This document shows positions 57,096 through 64,000 of a DNA stretch of 64,000 nucleotides, one piece after another. Both the position numbers and the translations under genes were made by a program. How positions within the stretch are numbered: the stretch's first letter is position 1; every line of letters begins with the position of its first letter. The notes below the pieces were generated by a model that saw only the letters and a list, made by a program, of their open reading frames with translations, did no database searches and was not told the origin of the DNA. The stretch comes from a virus (taxonomy: Duplodnaviria > Caudoviricetes), in the IMG/VR virus record IMGVR_UViG_651703002_000001, positions 1-64,000 of that record; one strand, written 5' to 3'.

Positions 57096-57757
57096 ATGAA
57101 AAAACTAATGATTGCTGTCATGTTTGCTTTTCCAATGTTTTCACATGCGGCATCATTTGATTGTGCGAATGCTTCAACTACGGTAGAACTGACGATCTGT
57201 GATGACGAAAAACTGAGTAAACTTGACGAAGAACTTAATAAAGTATATAAACTTGCACGTATACACGACCCGTCAATTGTAAAGTCACAAATTGATTGGG
57301 TTAAAATTAGAAATAAAGCACTTCAGTTGAGCAACTTGATGATCTACATGAATCAAGAATTGCGATTCTAAAGTCTGTTGTAAAACCCACAATCAAACCA
57401 GTTATGATTCGTAATGAATCAGCAGAAATATCATCTTTCTCTACATCGGATAATATAAATACAGTTATTGAGTCCGTTAAAAATAACAAGAGCGATAATA
57501 TTTCAGTTGATGGTTTCGTTTTTAATACAAAGAAAGTAGATTACAAATCCCCCGAGTGGTTGAGTAATTGCGTTAAAGATGAAATAAAAATGACTTATAA
57601 AGTTAACTTTTCCGGAAGAACTGATAAAATGACGGAATATAAAATTATCAACGCACTAACAAACGCAAAATTGAAACAAACCATGGATAGTATCAATGGC
57701 GGTTATGTGACAAAAGACGAACTGTTTAACAATTGTATGTCTGGGATAGGTTTCTGA
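57096..57757 (+). CDS. Secreted LprI/DUF1311-like protein (frameshift near 57320)
   Basis: Signal peptide + ASFDC..A...E.TIC....LSKLD..L...Y...Q.DW..R; the 57404 ORF appears to be its continuation. Confidence 0.6.
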
Positions 57758-58020
57758 TGAACAAGAAAGCCCGTGAGCTGATGATAGAGCTAATTGGAAG
57801 AGGTATTGATTGTAGGGTACTAACTTCAAACACAAGCACGTATATAGACGTACAGGGGCATTTGGTGAGGGTTTCTGACCATAGGGGTCATTCGAAATTC
57901 AAAGGTACTCAGATAAGAAAAGATATCGGGTACTCACGAACTAAATATGGTATGATATTTGGTTATGGTGAAATTCACATGGCTATAAAACATATCATTA
58001 AGGAAATAACACCTAAATAA
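57757..58020 (+). CDS. Hypothetical protein
   Basis: 87-aa ORF (RVSDH motif) overlapping the previous stop. Confidence 0.55.
   Translation: MNKKARELMIELIGRGIDCRVLTSNTSTYIDVQGHLVRVSDHRGHSKFKGTQIRKDIGYSRTKYGMIFGYGEIHMAIKHIIKEITPK
58012..58019 (+). promoter_or_regulatory. Late promoter CCTAAATA for inh
   Basis: Upstream of GAGGA RBS. Confidence 0.7.
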
Positions 58021-58044
58021 TATAACAAAAGAGGAAAAATCCTA

Positions 58045-58848
58045 ATGGCACGTAAAAAAGAAGAAGAACTTAAAGAACTAGATCTGGGTGTAATTAATGA
58101 AATTATAGAAGAAAATAGCGCCCCAGACGCAAAGGTTAAAATTCAAGTTTATGCAAAAGAATGCGGTTTCAAGATCGGTAAATCTAATATTTCGGTTGAT
58201 GATATGGTAGTCAAACTTCTTGAAATGGCTGACGCAAAGGAAAATCAAAAACTAGAATATAGCCCACTAAACAAGATCAAGACTCCCGAGGTATATTCTG
58301 AGGTAAAACAGATTACTCCGGAAGAAGAACTCGAACTGGCAGAAGATATTGAACAATTCGATCCTGTTGTTGAAGAAAAAGAACCGTTCCTCAATCCGGG
58401 GGAGGTAGTATCAATTAATGATATTCCGGAAGATATTAAAACTGAAATTGTTGATGCTATTAAATCTGGTGAGGTTGTCATTACGGCACCGACAAGCCCA
58501 ATTGAAGAGGTGATTACAGGTATTCACTCATATGTTCCTTCATTAGGAACAAGTCCATGGTTTCCACCAGAACAACCAAAAGAAATAGAAATTAATTTTG
58601 AACCTGATCTTTCTGGATTCACTCCACGTATTAACTTGATTGGGGCTGTTGGTCAACAATATATGAACTGTCCTTATTGGATTTTGGATTGGATTTTGGA
58701 AAATGGAAAGGATTGGAAAACTAAAATCGAAACACATCCGAGAGAAACAGATCATCCTATTCTGAAAACTGTTTTATACTATATTCAGATCCATGGTAGT
58801 GTTACTGTTAGGGAAAGTCGAAACTCACGTTACCATACTCTTTATTGA
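58045..58848 (+). CDS. inh: Inh inhibitor of prohead protease
   Basis: C-terminal PYWILDWI...LYYI...GSV.VRESRNS conserved in Inh. Confidence 0.85.
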   Translation: MARKKEEELKELDLGVINEIIEENSAPDAKVKIQVYAKECGFKIGKSNISVDDMVVKLLEMADAKENQKLEYSPLNKIKTPEVYSEVKQITPEEELELAEDIEQFDPVVEEKEPFLNPGEVVSINDIPEDIKTEIVDAIKSGEVVITAPTSPIEEVITGIHSYVPSLGTSPWFPPEQPKEIEINFEPDLSGFTPRINLIGAVGQQYMNCPYWILDWILENGKDWKTKIETHPRETDHPILKTVLYYIQIHGSVTVRESRNSRYHTLY

Positions 58849-58854
58849 TGATTA

Positions 58855-58880
58855 AGCCATCCTTTTTAGGGTGGCTTTTT
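58855..58880 (+). terminator. Terminator after inh
   Basis: AAGCCATCCT-TTTT-AGGGTGGCTTTTT. Confidence 0.75.
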
Positions 58881-58930
58881 AATATCCCTAAATAAAAAGG
58901 CCATATTTGGCTATAACAAGGGTATTAAAA

Positions 58931-59200
58931 ATGAATTATAGATTCATAAAGATTGACAACAATTTTGTATTACTTCTTGGTTATAAAGGTGGGATACAAA
59001 TGATTAGAAAATTGAGGGATGGGATTGTATCTGACAATATCTATGAGTTTATTCGTTTGATAAGCCAGTACCTAGATGATGGGTTTATTGTGATCGTGTA
59101 TGATCTGGAAGAGAATAGATTCATTAAGATAAATGAAGAAAAGATTGATATTTTTTTAATTTTCATTATATCATGTAAAATGATGGTTTATGAACTATAA
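58931..59200 (+). CDS. Hypothetical late protein
   Basis: CCTAAATA at 58887-58894, AAGGG RBS, terminator at 59207-59229. Confidence 0.55.
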   Translation: MNYRFIKIDNNFVLLLGYKGGIQMIRKLRDGIVSDNIYEFIRLISQYLDDGFIVIVYDLEENRFIKINEEKIDIFLIFIISCKMMVYEL

Positions 59201-59206
59201 GTTAAC

Positions 59207-59229
59207 AGGAACCTTTTGGTTCCTTTTTT
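59207..59229 (+). terminator. Terminator preceding repeat copy 2
   Basis: AGGAACC-TTTT-GGTTCCT + T run. Confidence 0.75.
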
Positions 59230-59264
59230 GTATGTATTTTAACCTAATAATGGTTAAAAAGTAT

Positions 59265-59376
59265 ATAGTTTCAAGTGTAATCAAAGTATAAAGTTCTATA
59301 ATATATTAATAGAAACTTTATAATTAGAAAATGTGTGAGTGAAACGAACACGGCTCCGCCGACTCGCTTTGCTCGA
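59265..59376. repeat. Copy 2 of ~110-bp hairpin/palindrome element (inverted relative to 35301-35408)
   Basis: Reverse complement aligns with 35301-35408. Confidence 0.9.
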
Positions 59377-59418
59377 ATCTAGTTTCTGTTATGTATTTAG
59401 ATATGGTATAATTTGGAT

Positions 59419-59975
59419 ATGAAAAGAAAAATTGTAACTCTTATCGGGACACGAGAACCCGAGCCCCAATATATTGATCTTATGATCCGTATTGGTAAAG
59501 CCTTTTCTGATAAAGGGTATTGGTGCAAGGTCTGGTGATGCAATAGGATCTGACCAAAAATTCCTAAAGAACTATGACCCCTAATTATGTATAAAATATC
59601 CGCCTGATGATAGGGCCGGATGTGTAAATGTAATGAATCATAAAAATTATTATGAGTTCGAATTAATAAGCTTCACGATTTCCATGTAGCTTGGGAATTT
59701 ATGATAATTGGTCATCAGGAATTACATGCTAGAAAACGTCCCCAAGTTATGGGTTTGAATCTTGATACATATTCAAATCTAGTTGTGTTCTGTGCAAATG
59801 AAGATAGTAGAGGTGTAGTTTCCGGGAGGTCCTGCAAACGGCGGTTAAACTTTCCAGAAGCCTAAATATACCTACACTAAACATTATGAATCCAGTACAG
59901 AGATCTAAGCTGTGTAAATGGCTTGGAATTGAAGATATACCGATATTCGAAAAGGTTGACATTTTTAATCTCTAA
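59419..59975 (+). CDS. DprA/SLOG-like Rossmann-fold protein (several frameshifts; error or pseudogene)
   Basis: Fragments LIGTRE, RSGDAIGSD, HARNV.QV.G, VSGG..AV..SRSLNIP.LN across frames; TGGTATAAT promoter upstream. Confidence 0.55.
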
Positions 59976-60014
59976 ATATTGTTGTGGAATAACAATAATA
60001 AACAGAGGTTTGGA

Positions 60015-60357
60015 ATGAAAAGCTCGCCACGGAAAATAGCACATAGGGGCACATGACGCAATAAGACGTTTTAATTTGGTATTAGGTGATACTGATACTT
60101 TATGGAAAGATGAACCAGAAAAAGTTAAAAGGGTTTGGACAAAACACGTTAACTACATAATCGACCATCCGGATTCAGATTCCCAAACTGTTCATAATCT
60201 TTGGCGCACATATAAGAATGGGCAAGGATGGATATTTGGTGAAGAGAAATCTACGGAAGATAAAACACATCCATGTCTTGTGCCTTATGAAAAACTTCAT
60301 GAAATAGAACATATGAAATATTTTATTTTCATGGAGACTGTTAGAGAGCAACAATAA
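60015..60357 (+). CDS. RyR-domain protein (frameshift near the start)
   Basis: HNLW...GWIFG...KTHPCLVPYEKL...K RyR repeat signature; GAGG RBS before ATG 60015; CTAAATA upstream. Confidence 0.7.
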
Positions 60358-60392
60358 AAAAGCCCCGTCCTAAATTGGATGGGGCTTTTATT
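60357..60392. terminator. Bidirectional terminator
   Basis: AAAAAGCCCCGTCC-TAAATT-GGATGGGGCTTTT between convergent genes. Confidence 0.8.
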
Positions 60393-60394
60393 TT

Positions 60395-61618
60395 TTATTG
60401 AGTATAATCTTTAAGTTGTACCATACACATACGAGCTAGTTGTGATTTGTTAGCAGCAGCAACCCAATCTTCACCGTCATATATTTTAGATGGTTCTGCA
60501 TCTATAACCCTAAAATCGGGAGAAGTAGATAGAGCATAACGATTTATTACACCGACAACTGGTTGTAATGCATGTGGATCCGCAGTGATCATGAAAGTTC
60601 CGGCGTCATCGTCTTCGATATACGGAGAGTAATAAACCGCACTAACTGTATCCAGACCTTCTAGATTTGCCTTAACACCGACCAACATATAATGAACTGG
60701 GGTTTTTGTATCTATAACCAATTTCATATGTGTACCAACCACACGATGTTCGTCATCAACCAACCCAGACGCTTGTATAAGCGCACCAACGTGAGTTGAG
60801 GTAAGTATATAGGTAGGCTTGAAAGTCGTGTCTAGCGTGATCTGAGCAGCCATACGACACGCCCGAGCAACCAGATCCCGACCTGCAAAATACTCTGTAG
60901 TGTCATGAAGATAAGGAATCGCAATTTGCTCTTTAGTAGCAACAGTTACTAACTTAGAAATAATATCTGAGTTTACTTCTTCTGCAATAGCTACAGACAA
61001 TAGATCTTCAACCGCAGCATCTCCATCCATATTCATACCGCCCATATCTTGAAGTAGTTCAAGAGATATTTGGCTTCTTAATTTACGACTACGAACTGTA
61101 GATTTCCATTTGTTCATAACAAATCGAACGTCTTGGATATCGTCAGATTCTTGAGTGCTATGTTCTATTGCATCGGCAACTAAACGAATCTCTCCGGTAT
61201 ATGCCATTTTAAAAACGTCATCAAATGCACCGGTGTAATCCCCCGGTTTGATTACTTGAAATACATAACCATTAAGAGTGAAATAGTCGCCTGCTACCAT
61301 TGTAGCGGTAGGTGCTGGGATACTACTATCCATATGATACTGACCGCCGAAGTTTTTATAATCTAGGCTGATATCATAAGTCTCTGTAGGTTTTGATTTA
61401 CTTTCATATTGATATCTAACACCAAATACGTTAGCAATTTGGGTTCTGGTAGGTTGAACTCCTGCCAATTGATCATAAATCTTGTTGAATGTTTTTCTTG
61501 TCAATGCTACTAGAGTAGGGCGACTGGTTACCATATCTCCGGTATCAGTTTCCTGAATAAGCCTAGCGGAAGACTGTGATTCAGAAATCAGCTTTGCTAT
61601 GGTATTTTTCTTTTCCAT
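60395..61618 (-). CDS. 24: Capsid vertex protein gp24
   Basis: SRPTLVALTR, VRSRKLR, AVYYSPY, LQPVVG..RYAL; follows 23. Confidence 0.9.
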   Translation of the reverse strand: MEKKNTIAKLISESQSSARLIQETDTGDMVTSRPTLVALTRKTFNKIYDQLAGVQPTRTQIANVFGVRYQYESKSKPTETYDISLDYKNFGGQYHMDSSIPAPTATMVAGDYFTLNGYVFQVIKPGDYTGAFDDVFKMAYTGEIRLVADAIEHSTQESDDIQDVRFVMNKWKSTVRSRKLRSQISLELLQDMGGMNMDGDAAVEDLLSVAIAEEVNSDIISKLVTVATKEQIAIPYLHDTTEYFAGRDLVARACRMAAQITLDTTFKPTYILTSTHVGALIQASGLVDDEHRVVGTHMKLVIDTKTPVHYMLVGVKANLEGLDTVSAVYYSPYIEDDDAGTFMITADPHALQPVVGVINRYALSTSPDFRVIDAEPSKIYDGEDWVAAANKSQLARMCMVQLKDYTQ

Positions 61619-61659
61619 TTAGGTTTTCCTCAATATGTTTTAATGTTCCTTACTGTAAT

Positions 61660-61667
61660 TATTTAGG
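61660..61667 (-). promoter_or_regulatory. Late promoter CCTAAATA for gene 24
   Basis: Between the gp23 terminator and the gp24 RBS. Confidence 0.7.
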
Positions 61668-61680
61668 GAACATATAAAAG

Positions 61681-61711
61681 AAAAGGGTCTGCAATTAAGC
61701 AGACCCTTTTT
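61681..61711. terminator. Terminator after gene 23
   Basis: AAAAGGGTCTGC-AATTAA-GCAGACCCTTTT. Confidence 0.85.
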
Positions 61712-61726
61712 TGTTTTCAGGAGATA

Positions 61727-63409
61727 TTAAGCACCCAGAACACGTACTCTACGGAAGAATGAGTTCTTACCGAAGATAGCAGCACTTGGCATACCGGACT
61801 TGATCTTATCAAATCCACGGTTCTTAGCACCATCAGCGAACGGGTGCAGTTTAACACCGTAACGAGTCTTGAAGCCAAGAATGGTCTGGAATGACTTAGG
61901 ATCAGTACCACGGAGCGGGGTCAACGGTACATATGGGCAGTAGTAGATACCGGCATCCATTTCACTGGAACCCTTGTAACCTACAGTGAAGTAATCTTCT
62001 ACAGCGTACTGGTCGATATAGACACGATACTTACCAGCCAGAACACCAGCAAACACAGATACAGATGTATCGGTATTCATGGTAGTTGTACCAGCATTAG
62101 CTGGGCTGATCAGTTGCTCACTCGAACCAAGGATAACTGCAACGTTACGGGAACAGATTACAAAGTTACCGTTACCACGACCAGTCTGACGACCGATTTC
62201 AGCAGCTTCTTTGTCAATCTGGGTTACCATAGATTTGGCACTTTCACCAGCCCAACGAGCACCACGTACATCATTCGGGTCACCGAAGTTGAATACACCG
62301 GTAGCACCGCCATGCTTATTGGTCCAACCGGTTTTACCGATTTGAGCAGTAGCGTTAATCCACAGGATCATTTCGCGGTTGATTTCCAGCATGATTTCGT
62401 TAGCCAGAATAGAACTCAGTTCGCTATCAGCATCCAGACCGTGAACGTTACGCAGATCTTGCGCCAGTTCGATGGAGTATTGAGCTTTCAGTTGACGAGC
62501 TTTGGCTTCAACAACCTGCTTGTCAATACGGAAACTCATTTCGTTCCATGGGTTATCGCTAGAACCGTTAAAGTTTTCTTGCAGTTCTGCCAGAGAGGTA
62601 GCCATACCTTCACCGATTTCAACAGCCAGACGGTCACCGATTACTTTCTGATAGCCAGCAGTTTTAACATCGGTAGCAGTACCAGCAACATAAGCAGCGA
62701 TAAACTGAACGATCTTAGTACCAGAAGCAGAATAATTATCAACTTCTTCGTCCAGTTGGAAACGAGCCAGATCACCCACGCTATAAGCGGTATCCTTATC
62801 GAAAGCTGGGATCAGGGGCTTGGTAGCACCGCGACCAGAGAAGCTTGCGTCAGGACCGTACATCGGATGGAAGGCTTCGCGAGCTTGTGCATCCAGAGCG
62901 TCATCACCGTAGATAGCACGGAGAGTAAACACTTGACCGGTAGAACTTACCATCGGCTGAACACCACAGATATCAAAGGCGATCAGGTTAGCAATGGCAC
63001 GGCGAGCCAGACCCATAACAGCAGGACCAACGGTAGTAATGTTACCGGAAGCTTCACCAGAGGCAATCTTCACAGCGTCATAGCCATGGTCACCAACGAT
63101 GTTAGCCTCGGTCAGAACTTCTTGCATTTGGCTTTCATTCAGGGTTTCGCCGTTTGCTTCAGCATTAGATTTAGCTTCATCAAGCAGGGCTTTGGCTTCT
63201 GCGATACGTGCGGTACGACCGGCAACGTCAATCATAGAATCAACTACAGAACGGTCGGTATAAATACCGCCTTCGTTGGTACTGATATCAACCAGTTGGT
63301 TTTCCATCAGACGAGCAACGATATCTTTGCGTTTCAGAGAGGCGATTTCCGGTGCGCCTTCTTTTTCCAGAAGCGGCTTCCACTTAGCAATTAGATTAGC
63401 TTTAGACAT
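61727..63409 (-). CDS. 23: Major capsid protein gp23
   Basis: DICGVQPM, AREAFHP, LKAQYSIELAQDL, GFKTRYG. Confidence 0.98.
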   Translation of the reverse strand: MSKANLIAKWKPLLEKEGAPEIASLKRKDIVARLMENQLVDISTNEGGIYTDRSVVDSMIDVAGRTARIAEAKALLDEAKSNAEANGETLNESQMQEVLTEANIVGDHGYDAVKIASGEASGNITTVGPAVMGLARRAIANLIAFDICGVQPMVSSTGQVFTLRAIYGDDALDAQAREAFHPMYGPDASFSGRGATKPLIPAFDKDTAYSVGDLARFQLDEEVDNYSASGTKIVQFIAAYVAGTATDVKTAGYQKVIGDRLAVEIGEGMATSLAELQENFNGSSDNPWNEMSFRIDKQVVEAKARQLKAQYSIELAQDLRNVHGLDADSELSSILANEIMLEINREMILWINATAQIGKTGWTNKHGGATGVFNFGDPNDVRGARWAGESAKSMVTQIDKEAAEIGRQTGRGNGNFVICSRNVAVILGSSEQLISPANAGTTTMNTDTSVSVFAGVLAGKYRVYIDQYAVEDYFTVGYKGSSEMDAGIYYCPYVPLTPLRGTDPKSFQTILGFKTRYGVKLHPFADGAKNRGFDKIKSGMPSAAIFGKNSFFRRVRVLGA

Positions 63410-63481
63410 TTTTATTTTTCCTTTTGGATTTTAAGATAAAACTTTCGGAGTGAAGAACCATTTCCTCATCACCTTCAAATA

Positions 63482-63489
63482 TATTTAGG
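63482..63489 (-). promoter_or_regulatory. Late promoter CCTAAATA for gene 23
   Basis: Only late-promoter-like motif in the 22-23 intergenic region. Confidence 0.7.
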
Positions 63490-63533
63490 GGTGTAAAAAT
63501 ACTTTATTTTTATGATTACACCCCAAAGCTGGA

Positions 63534-64000
63534 TTACATCCAATTCATAAGATTGGCAACTGATTCGTCAATCTTTTTCTCAGGTTTCTTTTTAGGGTCT
63601 TTCTTATCTTTGGCGTCTTTATCTTCCTTTTTCTCACCCTTATCATCTTCGTCTTCATCCGCCTTAAAATTCAAGCCATCACCGGCTTCATTAATAGGCT
63701 TTGAAGTGGGCTCTACTTTTTGAGCAACCATTTCAACGAGAGATTCTACACGGGTTTTAAATTGGTCAGATTTACCAAAAGAAATACCTTCACTCAGAGA
63801 AAGAACTTGTTCCTGTTGAACAACGGTAAGGTCCTTAATTGCTTCAGCGATAATATTACCGCGCTCTTGTTTCTGTACAGATTCCAGCAGTTCGGAATTT
63901 TTTGTAAGAAGAACATTAATTTCATCGCGAGCTTCAGAAAGTTCGGATTCCATTTCTTCTACAACATTAATAGACTCTTCAGGAATATGGACATTATGAG
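63534..64000 (-). CDS. 22: Prohead core scaffold gp22 (5' end outside the window)
   Basis: HNVHIPEESINVVEEMESEL...LTVVQQEQV..L.EG; immediately upstream of 23. Confidence 0.85.
   Translation of the reverse strand, partial: HNVHIPEESINVVEEMESELSEARDEINVLLTKNSELLESVQKQERGNIIAEAIKDLTVVQQEQVLSLSEGISFGKSDQFKTRVESLVEMVAQKVEPTSKPINEAGDGLNFKADEDEDDKGEKKEDKDAKDKKDPKKKPEKKIDESVANLMNWM

Noticed and set aside
62114-63394. 426-aa ORF antisense to gp23
   Set aside because: Shadow ORF from the biased codon usage of a highly expressed gene; no RBS or recognisable motifs.
1-64000. tRNA, rRNA or CRISPR arrays
   Set aside because: None recognised by eye; intergenic gaps are short and explained by promoters, terminators or the repeat. 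tRNAscan-SE would be needed to confirm.

Overview
A 64-kb segment of a T4-like (Straboviridae-type) myophage genome. The split DNA polymerase, very long gp35 and overall gene content suggest an Aeromonas-type T4 relative; this host call is an inference. The left half (minus strand) is the replication/nucleotide-metabolism block: rIIA, fused topoisomerase 39+60, dexA, dUTPase, primase 61, helicase 41, 40, uvsX, split polymerase 43A/43B, regA, 62, 44, 45, 46, 47, late sigma 55, an orphan SF2-like helicase, and one cluster holding nrdA/B/D/G, grcA, nrdC and nrdH. After a free-standing GIY-YIG endonuclease gene the T4 block 35-34-rnh-dsbA-33-59-32-30-dda-uvsY-uvsW-rnlB-inh-24-23-22 lies inverted relative to the left half. 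The most striking unexplained feature is a ~110-bp non-coding element present twice in inverted orientation (35301-35408 and 59265-59376). Each copy has an AT-rich palindrome plus three GNA-triloop ssDNA-type hairpins with compensatory changes, and each sits between a terminator and an outward-facing promoter. It is a candidate replication origin or recombination site, possibly paired with the orphan helicase. Regulatory signals also differ from T4: late promoters read CTAAATA rather than TATAAATA, and replication genes follow extended -10 (TGTGnTAnnnT) promoters. Many genes carry frameshifts, mostly in homopolymer runs, that are most likely sequencing errors. No tRNA, rRNA or CRISPR array was seen.
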